Notes: generated by a model not told the origin, from the letters alone. Shown: positions 25,907-35,886, counted from the stretch's first letter. The stretch is DNA of 49,120 nucleotides from a virus (IMGVR_UViG_3300012940_000034:1-49120); one strand, 5' to 3'. Numbers and translations: made by a program.

Positions 25907-26260
25907 TTAGAACTCGTCGTCGCTCGACCGCTTGGCGCGCTTAGGAGCCGCACTCAGCTTCTTGACACGGTAAACGAAGTAGCGCTTGCCTTTCGGCTTG
26001 CCCTGAAAATCAATTTCAAGCTCGTCGCCGACACTCAAATCGTCAATGTCGTTAAGCTCCTGCTTTAGGATCGAGCGAAATGCCGTCACCGTTAGCTCTT
26101 CGCCGTCAACATCAAGCACGACCTGAGGGTGAAGATTGCCTTCCTGATCCTCATACGTATCAATCTCAAGAACCTTACCCTGAATCTTCTCAGGCTCCTG
26201 AGGGTTCCAGTAGTCAGATCCTTCGTTCTTCGGAATGTCTAGGTGATCCCAGGCTCCCAC
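25907..26260 (-). CDS. single-stranded DNA-binding protein (putative)
   Basis: OB-fold-like beta pattern and acidic C-terminus SSDDEF; next to exonuclease. Confidence 0.6.
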   Translation of the reverse strand: MGAWDHLDIPKNEGSDYWNPQEPEKIQGKVLEIDTYEDQEGNLHPQVVLDVDGEELTVTAFRSILKQELNDIDDLSVGDELEIDFQGKPKGKRYFVYRVKKLSAAPKRAKRSSDDEF

Positions 26261-26293
26261 TTATCTTCTTCCTTTCGTTGTTCGAACACTTGT

Positions 26294-26322
26294 ATTATAT
26301 CAGTTTCTTATTTAATTGTCAA
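26294..26322 (-). promoter_or_regulatory. consensus promoter upstream of SSB
   Basis: TTGACA-17-TATAAT. Confidence 0.85.
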
Positions 26323-26324
26323 AT

Positions 26325-26603
26325 TTAGAAGGGCTTTGGATTGGCGATGTTGCAATCTTCAGGAAACCTGCCATGTCGGCACGTCCAGCAAAGGATATCG
26401 TGGAAGCGTTCGAAATGATCGCTGTCCTCTTCGCCATCCCAATCGTCATCCCATAGCTTCTTAGCTAGCGCTTTAGCCACAGCATATGTAATTTGCTCAG
26501 CTTGCATGCTGTCGTCACTGTTGCGTAGTTCTGCGTCGAGAGCGTCAATCACACCGTCAAAAATGCTCGTTGCGCTGTACCAGCCCACTAGAACCTCCTC
26601 CAA
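26325..26603 (-). CDS. hypothetical protein
   Basis: Open frame in operon; true start is probably the internal GTG after GGAGG (VGWYSAT...). Confidence 0.6.
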   Translation of the reverse strand: MEEVLVGWYSATSIFDGVIDALDAELRNSDDSMQAEQITYAVAKALAKKLWDDDWDGEEDSDHFERFHDILCWTCRHGRFPEDCNIANPKPF

Positions 26604-27394
26604 AACGTCTTTCCCTCGGGGTAAAGCGCTTCTTCGATCACACGCTTTTCCCTCAACTTGACGTGCTGATACGTCCTTAGCAATGCCCTAAAGTCCACCC
26701 ATAGCTCGTGATCAAAACGAAGCTCGAACAAATTCCACCCATCGGGCCTCACCCAAAACACACGCGAACGGTCGAACTCCAAGTTATCTGTGACATTTCC
26801 GTTCTCGTCGTACATCTTCTCAGCCATGGCATACGCAATATTTTGCAACCCTACGCTGCTTCGAGGCCCGCCAGCGTTCGTCTTAGCATCGACCATGCAC
26901 ATCTCATCGTTAATCAGCCAAGCATTGTCATACGTCCCCGCATAACCCCACTGATCACTAAACACCATAGTTTCGTTACGAACAGGGGTAACGTCGAACT
27001 GCTCATTCAGCTCTTCCCACGCGCGAGTAACCCAGCCTAGCGGGTTTTCTCCCTCCCACCCATCGACCTCGTACATCTCAGGGTGCTGTGCTCTACCTTC
27101 TAGAATGTCTTCGAGCACTTTATGCGCCGCAGTTCCTAGTTCACGTGCAATGCGCCAGTCATCAAGGAACACATCATCGTTCTTCACTTCTGCCAGGAAC
27201 GCGGCCTTCGTAAGTTCGCTCATGCGCTTGCGATTATTTGCTAGGTACGTCGCCTGCAACTTCAGCTTGGCCTTGTCAATCCCTGGTTTGCTCATCACGT
27301 TCAAGATCGACGTCACACCAGCATACTTCTCGCCAGTTTCCTTATTAATATACCAACGATCCCATGACTCGTCATACTCACGTTCGAATGTCAT
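26588..27394 (-). CDS. PD-(D/E)XK (Cas4-like) exonuclease
   Basis: GVTSIL, GTAAH, GYAGTYD...VDAKT, LQNIAY. Confidence 0.85.
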   Translation of the reverse strand: MTFEREYDESWDRWYINKETGEKYAGVTSILNVMSKPGIDKAKLKLQATYLANNRKRMSELTKAAFLAEVKNDDVFLDDWRIARELGTAAHKVLEDILEGRAQHPEMYEVDGWEGENPLGWVTRAWEELNEQFDVTPVRNETMVFSDQWGYAGTYDNAWLINDEMCMVDAKTNAGGPRSSVGLQNIAYAMAEKMYDENGNVTDNLEFDRSRVFWVRPDGWNLFELRFDHELWVDFRALLRTYQHVKLREKRVIEEALYPEGKTFWRRF

Positions 27395-27799
27395 CTACTC
27401 TTCTTCCATCAATTCCAAGTATTCAGCCGCTCGTTTGAGCTTATGAGGGTCGTCATAAAAATTCCCAAGCCCAAGATTGCATGCTCTACATAACAGAGCG
27501 CGAACCTTACCTGACTCATGGTTATGATCCACCATCAGACCGTGTTCTAGCTCACATTGAGGTGTCCTACATATTGCACATTGCCAGTCCTGCAGGTACC
27601 CTAAACGTAGGTACTGCGCAGGAGTCAGGTCATACTGGGAGAGGCGCCGATCATGAGCACGGCACTCGATACACCTAGCCTCCAGCCCGTCCTTATTGCT
27701 GCTCTTCTTCGTGTACAACGAAGTCGAGAGCGTACGCTGGCATCCCGAACAGGTCTTCGTGAGCTGAGATGACGAAGTAGCTACCTCTGTCTGAGTCAC
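27395..27799 (-). CDS. recombination endonuclease VII-like protein
   Basis: CSGC...CIEC; CAIC...VDHNHESGKVRALLCRACNLGLG; GGAGG RBS. Confidence 0.9.
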   Translation of the reverse strand: MTQTEVATSSSQLTKTCSGCQRTLSTSLYTKKSSNKDGLEARCIECRAHDRRLSQYDLTPAQYLRLGYLQDWQCAICRTPQCELEHGLMVDHNHESGKVRALLCRACNLGLGNFYDDPHKLKRAAEYLELMEEE

Positions 27800-27896
27800 T
27801 CATCACCTCCCCGTACTTGCGCCTCAGTCGTTCGAGGAGTACGATGTTCTCAAGAGGCGACGCGCAGCGAATTAGGTCTCTCACATACACACGCAT
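27693..27896 (-). CDS. hypothetical protein (leaderless)
   Basis: ATG 7 nt downstream of TTGACA-17-TACACT; overlaps Endo VII by 107 nt. Confidence 0.45.
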   Translation of the reverse strand: MRVYVRDLIRCASPLENIVLLERLRRKYGEVMSDSDRGSYFVISAHEDLFGMPAYALDFVVHEEEQQ

Positions 27897-27903
27897 GTTC
27901 GAA

Positions 27904-27932
27904 AGTGTAACACGGAAGGTTAGGAATGTCAA
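27904..27932 (-). promoter_or_regulatory. leftward promoter at the divergence point
   Basis: TTGACA-17-TACACT. Confidence 0.7.
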
Positions 27933-28675
27933 ATATCGAGCGAATTATCGAGCTTGAGAAGTTCATCGACGGTGACGCTGAGCAACTTGAGAGCGCTCGG
28001 TGGGAGGCTGCACGTCTCATTGCGGAGGAGCTTGAGAGCGGGAAGTCTAAAGCTCAAGTCGCGAGAGAGATTAGCAAGTCAGAGGGCCACGTTCGACATA
28101 TGGCTAAAGTATGGGAATCGTACCTAGGTACGGACGAACGCCCACTCTTCAACAAAGCATATCAGGAAGCGAAGAAGCCTAAGCATACAGCACGTAACGA
28201 CGTCCCTATAACACCGTTCGAACAGCTACCTGAAGAGCCTGAGAAGGAAGAGCGCAGTGTAGCACATGCTCCTAAGCGACGTCAAATCACCGCAGTCTCC
28301 TCTGATGACGATGAACCATATGTTGACACGCGACAACTTCGAGAGGATCAGTCCCTAAACGATAAGCGCGTGAACGATTACACTAAGCTACTGAACGATG
28401 TATCCGATCATGCATCGTTATATCTTGTTGAGCTTGACAAAGCAGCGCTCGGCAGTAGCAATGGTGTGATGTCGATCTCAACAGAAGAACTTCAAAAGGC
28501 CCTTGACAAGCTAGACAGTGTTCGAGAAACTCTCTTTAACAAGATCAGTGAGTATAAAGAAAGGCAAGCTAGTGAAGTACACTGTACAAACTCCGGCCGG
28601 GCAGATCGACGTACCCGCGAACCTGAGGTTGAAGGTACAGGGCAGGTGGTATTTGCCCGCTTTGGTGGTCGCTGA
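27926..28675 (+). CDS. HTH DNA-binding protein (putative regulator)
   Basis: GKSKAQVAREISKSEGHVRHM helix-turn-helix pattern. Confidence 0.65.
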   Translation: MSNIERIIELEKFIDGDAEQLESARWEAARLIAEELESGKSKAQVAREISKSEGHVRHMAKVWESYLGTDERPLFNKAYQEAKKPKHTARNDVPITPFEQLPEEPEKEERSVAHAPKRRQITAVSSDDDEPYVDTRQLREDQSLNDKRVNDYTKLLNDVSDHASLYLVELDKAALGSSNGVMSISTEELQKALDKLDSVRETLFNKISEYKERQASEVHCTNSGRADRRTREPEVEGTGQVVFARFGGR

Positions 28676-28991
28676 AGTTATTGAGGCGCTTGATGAGCTG
28701 CCTACTAGGTCATGGGAACTGTTTAATGTAGCGCCGTCGAACGCACGTGCGGCATCACGCGCTGTTCAACTCTGGGTCAACGATCAGATTGCTCGAACAC
28801 CGTGGCGTGTCCTTAGCGGGGTTAAAGGTTATTGGTTCTCTATGAGTGAAGACGAGATTAAGCAGCATTTGCGGAGGAAGGGCGACGAAGTGCATGTTCG
28901 GACTCTACGTCATAACGAGACATTCGGGTGGGCAGGCGGGAATATTCAGGTCATTCCTGAGTTTAAGGAACTACTCGTAGATGCGATGTGA
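28572..28991 (+). CDS. hypothetical protein
   Basis: GAAAGG RBS before GTG28572. Confidence 0.6.
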   Translation: MKYTVQTPAGQIDVPANLRLKVQGRWYLPALVVAEVIEALDELPTRSWELFNVAPSNARAASRAVQLWVNDQIARTPWRVLSGVKGYWFSMSEDEIKQHLRRKGDEVHVRTLRHNETFGWAGGNIQVIPEFKELLVDAM

Positions 28992-28998
28992 TCTTCGC

Positions 28999-29027
28999 TT
29001 GCTTAATTAAGAATTCTATGCTACAGT
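28999..29027 (+). promoter_or_regulatory. promoter of primase-helicase
   Basis: TTGCTT-17-TACAGT with extended TG. Confidence 0.6.
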
Positions 29028-29127
29028 ATGAGTGACGCGCATGGACTATTTAGTTTATGCGCGTATCCTCATGCGCGAAATAAGTTTGTGCATCGCAACT
29101 ACGCCGTGGGGCGTTAAGGAGGAGTAA

Positions 29128-31476
29128 TTGTCCGATTACATTCAGGAGATGCTTGACCTAGGGTGGGTGCTATTTCCTCTCGCGCGAGGCTCAAAGCAAC
29201 CCCCAGAAGGACGCACAGGTCATCTTTCATGGACACAGAGTGATTCGCTTGACTTTCTTGACGAGCTACGCTCACCTAACAACGTAGGAATTGTCACTGG
29301 TAAGTCTTCAGGAATCGTTGTCATTGACGTTGACCCGAAGCACGGCGCAAGTTACTCGGTAGTAAGCGAGCTTGCCGACGAACCTATCGAAACGAGAGTG
29401 CACGAGACGCGTTCAGGGGGATGGCATTTCATTTTCAGTTACCCTGACGGGGTTGAGCGCATTGCTAATTCCGTAGGAATGCTCGCGCCCGGCGTTGATG
29501 TTCGTGGGGATGGGGGCTACGTTGTTGGGCCTGGAAGTGTCGTTGGTGACGGTAAGTATTCAGTGCTAACTGACAGTGATATCGCCCCGTTGCCTGCGAG
29601 AATTCTCAATCGCCTTCTTCCTGCGCAGCGAGACGTACCCGAATCGCATTATCAGTACCCGGAAGATCAGTGGGATGATGTGGTTCGTTGGCACAAAATG
29701 AATGTGCGTGAAGCAGCGGACGCTCCCGAAGGCGCACGTGACGATACTGTATACAGAATGCTAGTTAGGTCGTTTCAGCTCGCACAGTGCGTCCCTTCCA
29801 CTGTCCTTAGTCAGGATAGCATTGTGCAAGACTATGCAAAGCGTGTGCCTTACACGATCAAGGGATTGGGCGGAAAGATTGAGCGCGCTTGGCAGTTTGC
29901 TGAAGCAACGCCACGGGCACACCCCGAACCTCTCGCATCTCCAATTTCAACTAAAAACGAGAAGGTTGAAGGACCGCCTGTGATCTCAGAAGACGAGTAC
30001 ATTCCCAACAGTGTTATGAATCCAGCATCGTTCAATGATGCAGGAAACGCCGACCGCCTAGCCGAACTTTACGGTGATCGCTTGCGCTACGTTGAAGGTG
30101 TTGGATGGTTGATTTGGGATGGGATGGTGTGGAGGACTGAACAGGACTCAAGCGCTAGCGTAATCGAAATGATTCAGCACGCGCACGCCTTGTTTTGGAA
30201 GGACTATAACGAGAAAGTCACGAATGGGGATAGGGGTGCTAAGGCGTTGTATGCTCATGCTCAGTATTCATTGAGCATGAAAGGCATCATGAATGCCATG
30301 ACCCTTCTCAAAAACAGGCACGAGATTCGCCTCACAGTTGACGATCTCGACGCGCACAATCACTTGCTCTGTGTACGTAATGGGGTTGTTGATCTGCGCA
30401 CGGGAATGCTTAATAAACACTCACCTGACTTGCACATGACTCGCCTCATCGACATTAACTATCACATCGATGCAGAAGCACCTCGTTGGAGTCAGTTCAT
30501 TGATGAAGTAATGCCTGGCATGGATGATATGCCGCCGTTCTTGCAGCGATTGGTAGGGTATGGGATTACAGGAGAGACGTCAGAACATTGTCTCGCAATT
30601 CACTACGGCAGGGGCAGTAACGGGAAGTCCATTTTCCTTGACACTTTGCGCTCAGTGTTTAGGAGTATTAGCGCTGTCAGTGATTGGACTTCGTTCGAAC
30701 GAAAGTCGAATGGTGCGGGCGGCCCTCGCCCAGACCTCGTGCGACTGCGAGGAGCAAGGCTGGTCACTGTCAATGAAGCCGACGCACGCGCCACGATCGA
30801 TGAAGCGCAGATTAAGCGCATGGCCTCAGGTGATGCGATCACGGCACGAGGGCTACATAAGAGTGACATTGAATTCACACCCAACTTCCTCATCCAAATG
30901 GCAACAAACGCTAAGCCAGACATCACAGGTGCCGATGAAGGAATTTGGAGACGCGTCAAGCTTATCCCTTGGACACGCTATTTTGCCCCTCATGAGCAAG
31001 ATCATTCTCTCGCCACTACGCTTCTTGAAGAACGTGAAGGTATTCTAGCGTGGGCCGTGAGAGGTGCCGTTGAATGGTACGCCACAGGTCTTCAGGAGCC
31101 TGAACGCGTCCGCGCTGCCACGCAAGATTATCGTGAAGCCACTGACATTCTCGGTGGGTTTATTGATAAGGCGGAACATGGCGGGTGGTTGGTGCCTGAA
31201 GATAATAAGCGTGTCCCTAGCGCTTGGGCTTACTCGCTCTACAAAAAGTGGGCTGAGTCACAGTCCTACGAGCAACGAGACATGCTCAAGCAAAAGCAAT
31301 TCAAGGCCGCCATGGAGGAGAGAGGCTATAACACGAAGCGTACGCAGAGAGGCATGGTCTTCACAGGTCTTGCCGCCAACACCGCCGTCGCCGCCGTGCG
31401 CCTGCATTCGACAGACGTAGGATGTAAGCCAGATGTGGCCGATGGGCAGCAGGAAGCAATCGTAGTTAAGTTTTAA
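29128..31476 (+). CDS. bifunctional primase/polymerase - D5/SF3 helicase
   Basis: NVGIVTG...VIDVD...T.SGGWH...DVRGDGGYVV prim-pol; YGRGSNGKS Walker A; GIWRR. Confidence 0.93.
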   Translation: MSDYIQEMLDLGWVLFPLARGSKQPPEGRTGHLSWTQSDSLDFLDELRSPNNVGIVTGKSSGIVVIDVDPKHGASYSVVSELADEPIETRVHETRSGGWHFIFSYPDGVERIANSVGMLAPGVDVRGDGGYVVGPGSVVGDGKYSVLTDSDIAPLPARILNRLLPAQRDVPESHYQYPEDQWDDVVRWHKMNVREAADAPEGARDDTVYRMLVRSFQLAQCVPSTVLSQDSIVQDYAKRVPYTIKGLGGKIERAWQFAEATPRAHPEPLASPISTKNEKVEGPPVISEDEYIPNSVMNPASFNDAGNADRLAELYGDRLRYVEGVGWLIWDGMVWRTEQDSSASVIEMIQHAHALFWKDYNEKVTNGDRGAKALYAHAQYSLSMKGIMNAMTLLKNRHEIRLTVDDLDAHNHLLCVRNGVVDLRTGMLNKHSPDLHMTRLIDINYHIDAEAPRWSQFIDEVMPGMDDMPPFLQRLVGYGITGETSEHCLAIHYGRGSNGKSIFLDTLRSVFRSISAVSDWTSFERKSNGAGGPRPDLVRLRGARLVTVNEADARATIDEAQIKRMASGDAITARGLHKSDIEFTPNFLIQMATNAKPDITGADEGIWRRVKLIPWTRYFAPHEQDHSLATTLLEEREGILAWAVRGAVEWYATGLQEPERVRAATQDYREATDILGGFIDKAEHGGWLVPEDNKRVPSAWAYSLYKKWAESQSYEQRDMLKQKQFKAAMEERGYNTKRTQRGMVFTGLAANTAVAAVRLHSTDVGCKPDVADGQQEAIVVKF

Positions 31477-31480
31477 CGAG

Positions 31481-31520
31481 TACCGCTAGTGTTACGTTAA
31501 TGTGACCTAGCGGTATTTTT
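31481..31520 (+). terminator. terminator after primase-helicase
   Basis: TACCGCTAG...CTAGCGGTA followed by TTTTT. Confidence 0.7.
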
Positions 31521-31524
31521 ATGC

Positions 31525-31740
31525 CGTAAAAGTGTGTAGGGTGTGTAGGGTCAGTGTATGTTACAAAACGATAACCTACACACTGTTTCCGCAGGTCATA
31601 GTATATATTTTTTATTTTGTGTAGGGAGTGTAGGGTAATATAGAAATTAGTTCTTATTGAAAAACGCAGGGAATTCTCTTAGAGAAAAAACTTCAGAATG
31701 TAGGGTAAACCTACACACTACTTAGCATACCTAAACTTTG
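31525..31740. repeat. 216-bp repeat copy 1 (iteron-rich, putative origin)
   Basis: Matches 45024-45239 with 3 mismatches; multiple TGTAGG/CCTACA boxes and AT-rich core. Confidence 0.9.
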
Positions 31741-31766
31741 CAGTTCGAACAGACGCATGCTATACT
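31738..31766 (+). promoter_or_regulatory. promoter of DNA polymerase operon
   Basis: TTGCAG-17-TATACT with extended TG. Confidence 0.65.
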
Positions 31767-31813
31767 CATGAGACGTTCGTGACCCTCAAGATGGCACAAC
31801 TAGAAAGAAGAGC

Positions 31814-33718
31814 ATGAAGACATTTCCCTATCGCATTCAAGGCGATAACGTTGAAGTTCGCGTCATCGAGAACACAGAAGATTTCGATGAGTGCGTTCGC
31901 TGGATGAGTGAGCGCTCGGCTTACGAACTATGCTTCGACACCGAAACAACTCATCTCAACATGTTCGCCGACGACTTCCGCATCCGCACCGTTCAAGTAG
32001 GCAACGCCGACCGCGCGTATGTATTGCAAATGCAAAGTGTTCGTGATGCACGCGCACGTAAGATGCTTGACATTCTAAGCGACAAGAAGTTCAGTGGTAT
32101 AAACTTGCCCTTCGACCTTCTCGCCTGCGACTTGACAGGGCTCTACAGTCTTGAAGCGCTCGAAGACAATTATCATGAGATTAAAATTCTTGCTCATTTG
32201 CTAGATCCTAGAGGCAAAGCAGACGGGGGCGTAGGGTTTGGCCTTAAAGAACTAAGTGCTCGCTACATTGACCCTAAGGCTCCTGATACTCAAAAAGATC
32301 TTAAGGATGAGTTTAGGAAGATTAAGTGCACGCTCGAGACGGGCTGGGCGAATATCGACATCAACAATCCCACGTACCTTCTATACGCAGGACTCGATGT
32401 CATTCTAGGCGCCCGTCTTCATCGTCACTTGCGCAACCTCATTAACAATGAGGGGTATGGGAGGCTCGCGAGGTTTGAACACGAAGTGCAGCGCGTGACG
32501 ACGAGGATGAAGCGCCGAGGCTTTTCACTGGACGTTGAATACTCTGAATTGCTCGTGAAGCGCCTCGTGCAAAGGTATGAGGAGAATGTCGAGCACGCAC
32601 GCAACCTAGGCTTGGAGAACGTGAACGCCCCCAAACAGGTCGCCGCACGCCTACTCGAACTGGGCTGGGAACCTCGCGAATTCACTAAAACAGGAAGCCC
32701 TAAGACTGATAAGGCTGTGCTCGAAGCGCTCGCGATGGACGTGACTCTCGACCCCGCCATTAAGACGCTTGTAGGGGCCATTGAGGGGGCAAAGCGTGCG
32801 GCTAAGTGGAAGACGGCCTATGCCGAGGCAATGCTCACAGCACGCGACTCCTGGGACAGGGTGCACCCTGACATTAATTCGTTGCAGGCCCGTACGGGGC
32901 GCATGAGCATCGGCAACCCTCCCCTACAACAGCTCCCATCCCGAGGGGACGATGCCTGGATTATTAGACGTCAAGTTGTCGCGAAGCCAGGACATGTCAT
33001 TGGTAGTGCGGACTATGATCAGGTTGAATTCCGTGTACTTGCTGGGCTGGCTGAGGTGAGTCAGATGAAGTATGCAATTGCAAATGGAATTGATCTTCAC
33101 GATTACACGGCCCAGCTCGTCTACGGTGACGACTTCACCAAGGCCCAACGCAGCATTTGCAAGGGCGTGGGCTTTGGGAAGGTGTTCGGTGGTGGGGCAG
33201 AGACTCTGAGTAGGCAGACCGGAGCACCGATCGAGAGCGTTCGTCACGCTATCCGCGCGTACGATGACGCCTACTTTGAGCTGCCCGCGTATGCAAAACG
33301 ACTGCAACGTGAGCAGCGCTCCAATGGTGGGTTCATCGTGAACTATCACGGTAGATACCTCCCTCTCGACGTCGGTCGCGAGTACGCCGCTGTCAACTAC
33401 TCAGTGCAGAGTATCGCCCGTGACCTCCTCGCACAAGCACTCATCGACCTTTCTCACGCAGGGCTTGATGACTATCTGTTACTTCCTATTCACGATGAGG
33501 TGTTGTTCGAGGCGCCCCGCGAAGATGCAGAAGATGTCGCCCGTACTGTGGGGGAGATTATGAGTGGGAAGTTCATTGATGTCCCCATTAGCGCTACAGG
33601 CGAGGTGTATGGGCGCACGTGGGCACTAGGGTATGTTTACAGAGACAGTGCGGGTGTGGTACGTTCGAAGGGAACGAAGAACGCAGTGGAAGGATGGGTT
33701 GAGCCGCATGACTTCTAA
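31814..33718 (+). CDS. DNA polymerase, family A with 3'-5' exonuclease
   Basis: FDTET exo I; ARTGRMS, ADYDQVEFRVLA (motif A), K-x3-FG (motif B), IHDE (motif C). Confidence 0.95.
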   Translation: MKTFPYRIQGDNVEVRVIENTEDFDECVRWMSERSAYELCFDTETTHLNMFADDFRIRTVQVGNADRAYVLQMQSVRDARARKMLDILSDKKFSGINLPFDLLACDLTGLYSLEALEDNYHEIKILAHLLDPRGKADGGVGFGLKELSARYIDPKAPDTQKDLKDEFRKIKCTLETGWANIDINNPTYLLYAGLDVILGARLHRHLRNLINNEGYGRLARFEHEVQRVTTRMKRRGFSLDVEYSELLVKRLVQRYEENVEHARNLGLENVNAPKQVAARLLELGWEPREFTKTGSPKTDKAVLEALAMDVTLDPAIKTLVGAIEGAKRAAKWKTAYAEAMLTARDSWDRVHPDINSLQARTGRMSIGNPPLQQLPSRGDDAWIIRRQVVAKPGHVIGSADYDQVEFRVLAGLAEVSQMKYAIANGIDLHDYTAQLVYGDDFTKAQRSICKGVGFGKVFGGGAETLSRQTGAPIESVRHAIRAYDDAYFELPAYAKRLQREQRSNGGFIVNYHGRYLPLDVGREYAAVNYSVQSIARDLLAQALIDLSHAGLDDYLLLPIHDEVLFEAPREDAEDVARTVGEIMSGKFIDVPISATGEVYGRTWALGYVYRDSAGVVRSKGTKNAVEGWVEPHDF

Positions 33719-34022
33719 CGAAGACCGTGACATTCGCATAGGGGTGACTGTCGCGTTTGCTCTAATTATGTGCCTCGGCACCCTGATCTTCGTCTGGGTG
33801 ATGTTCATCACAGCGAACGATATGTATAATAAGCAGGACTTCGCATATGACCTTGCTCAGCATGGGTGGGGTGTGGGGAGTGAGGCGTTCAACACCGCAC
33901 AAGCTCTGTGCCGAACACAAGATTACAGTTCGGCATACATGCTTGCGCAGAACGCCAAAGTCATCTATCCTGATGGTGATGTACAGGCGTACGTTGACGC
34001 TGTAATGAAGACGTGCCGATGA
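33708..34022 (+). CDS. membrane-anchored hypothetical protein
   Basis: N-terminal TM helix then DUF732-like Cys pair (ALC...TC). Confidence 0.55.
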   Translation: MTSNEDRDIRIGVTVAFALIMCLGTLIFVWVMFITANDMYNKQDFAYDLAQHGWGVGSEAFNTAQALCRTQDYSSAYMLAQNAKVIYPDGDVQAYVDAVMKTCR

Positions 34023-34258
34023 CAAGGGACATGTGGGGCGATGACGATGACAGGTACGAGGGGTGTTTGAGTTGTTCGTTTTATTTCTTGTGCTTATTTG
34101 TGTCGCTGCTGCTGTTAGCGTCTTTGTTGCTCTAGACACATTTCGCACCGCTCGTATCAGTGAGCAGCGCATGAATGGAATTAGTGCGCGCTCAATCAAT
34201 TAGGTTGGACCGATAAGGAAATCATGCGAGCTATGTCACGTACTACGGGAGGAATGAA

Positions 34259-34672
34259 ATGAAGATTGAAATCGATTCTGAGAAGGCGCTGGCTCTACTG
34301 AAGCGTGCGGTGGAAGAGCGAGGGGCTGACTACGTTGACCCGAACGCCGGAGGTGAAATCCCGTGCACGTATGCTTACCCTGACGACAGTGGTGTTATTC
34401 ACCCTTCGTGCATTGTTGGTCACGCTCTGTACTATGCGGGTGTGAGGGACGAGACGCTGAGGGATGTCGCCGACGTAGGGGATGCTTCTGAGCTAAGGGG
34501 TTGGTTTACGGAGCAGTACCGCGAGGGAATCATTGACGAGGAAGTCGAGATCACCCCGTCCGCCGCAACATTGTTCCTGGTCGCGCAGAGGAAGCAGGAT
34601 CTCGGCCGTACATGGGGCGAGGCCCTGAATGATGCACAGCGACACTACGATGAGGGGTATGATGCCACCTAA
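34259..34672 (+). CDS. hypothetical protein
   Basis: GGAGG RBS; AVEERGADYV...PSCIVGHAL...QDLGRTWGEAL. Confidence 0.75.
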   Translation: MKIEIDSEKALALLKRAVEERGADYVDPNAGGEIPCTYAYPDDSGVIHPSCIVGHALYYAGVRDETLRDVADVGDASELRGWFTEQYREGIIDEEVEITPSAATLFLVAQRKQDLGRTWGEALNDAQRHYDEGYDAT

Positions 34673-34829
34673 GGCCACCAAATATAGCGTGAAAGTGCAA
34701 CACCCGATCCTACGTGACTGGCGTACGCTGGCTACAGGCTTGACCAAAGCGCAAGCAAAACTGTACGCTGACACTGTTATCTGGAATATTCAGATTGTAG
34801 AGGAAACGAATGAAGCAACGGACAGCTAA
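34662..34829 (+). CDS. hypothetical protein
   Basis: Operon packing, GAGGGG RBS. Confidence 0.5.
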   Translation: MPPKATKYSVKVQHPILRDWRTLATGLTKAQAKLYADTVIWNIQIVEETNEATDS

Positions 34830-35025
34830 GGTTGAGGCTTTCAGCGGCGACACTATCACTGATAATAACGGGGACATGTGGGTGTTCCTGAGTGATACGC
34901 GCATGCTACACGTTAAATTTGATCTGGAAGCCGTGAAGCGCATTGTGAATCCAGACTATGACACGCCCGCCGCTCACGATGATGACGACGATGACTACCC
35001 TCATTGCGGATGTGACTGTGTCTAG
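34810..35025 (+). CDS. hypothetical protein
   Basis: GAGG RBS; operon packing. Confidence 0.55.
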   Translation: MKQRTAKVEAFSGDTITDNNGDMWVFLSDTRMLHVKFDLEAVKRIVNPDYDTPAAHDDDDDDYPHCGCDCV

Positions 35026-35425
35026 GCTCGACTGGGACAGTCACTTTCTGACCTTGGCCGGGAGCACTGCGTTGCGTAGCACGTGTTCCCGGCTTCAGGT
35101 CGGCAGTGTCGTCGTCAACCAATACTTGAACGTGGTCGGGACAGGCTACAACGGAGCGCCTCGCGGGGTCCCTCACTGTGTACACGACGACGACGCCCCC
35201 TGCCGCATCGCTGTGCATGCCGAAGTGAACGCCTTGCTGTTCAGTCGAGAGACGCACGGCTGTACTCTGTACGTGACACATTGCCCTTGTTATGATTGCG
35301 CTAAATTGATCATCAATGCTGGTATTAAGCGCATGGTGTATGCACGAGCGTATCGCAGTATTGAAGGGCTTGACATGCTAGCGCTCGGTGGCGTAGCATT
35401 TGAACAAGTGAACACGGAAGAATAG
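35018..35425 (+). CDS. dCMP deaminase
   Basis: RSTCSRLQVG, GYNG, HAEVNAL, PCYDC zinc motif. Confidence 0.92.
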   Translation: MSRLDWDSHFLTLAGSTALRSTCSRLQVGSVVVNQYLNVVGTGYNGAPRGVPHCVHDDDAPCRIAVHAEVNALLFSRETHGCTLYVTHCPCYDCAKLIINAGIKRMVYARAYRSIEGLDMLALGGVAFEQVNTEE

Positions 35426-35434
35426 GAATGAGTA

Positions 35435-35677
35435 ATGAAGAGGGAAGAGGTTGCCTATCGAGTCGTTGATGTTGTCGGGGGAGACACAGAGCGCGCCAGA
35501 CACATACTACTTATTCTAAGTGACGCAGTGAAACGCAAAAAGGATGAGTACGTGGAGCGCTTTGGCAGTGGTGCCAACACGGGATTCGTGCAAGGGCTTA
35601 ACGAAGCAGAAGCATTTTTATATAACGTGTCATGGGATGTGACGCGCGAAGTAACGAAAGAGAAGGAAGTAAGTTGA
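35435..35677 (+). CDS. hypothetical protein
   Basis: Operon packing. Confidence 0.6.
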   Translation: MKREEVAYRVVDVVGGDTERARHILLILSDAVKRKKDEYVERFGSGANTGFVQGLNEAEAFLYNVSWDVTREVTKEKEVS

Positions 35678-35886
35678 AGGAACTAATTTTTCGGATTGTA
35701 GATAAGAATGGCGTGCCTGTGAATTTCAGGAATAATGGGCGCAAGAACATCTATTTCAGCTCAGGACACGCTAAGTCGGCAGCAACTCAGTTCAATAGCA
35801 TTCGAGTGTTTAAGAATGGCGAGACTCATCAGATCGACGGCGCACCGTTCAGTGTTGTCGGCGGTAAGGTGGAGTGGGATGAGTGA
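35674..35886 (+). CDS. hypothetical protein
   Basis: AAGGA RBS before TTG35674. Confidence 0.55.
   Translation: MKELIFRIVDKNGVPVNFRNNGRKNIYFSSGHAKSAATQFNSIRVFKNGETHQIDGAPFSVVGGKVEWDE

Noticed and set aside
26588-27394. Cas4 as part of a CRISPR-Cas system
   Set aside because: Stand-alone PD-(D/E)XK nuclease beside SSB and Endo VII; typical phage recombination gene
31814-33718. Modified-base (e.g. Z-genome) system suggested by the motif-B Tyr-to-Phe change (GKVFG)
   Set aside because: Conservative substitution; no PurZ, queuosine-pathway or hydroxymethylase genes recognised
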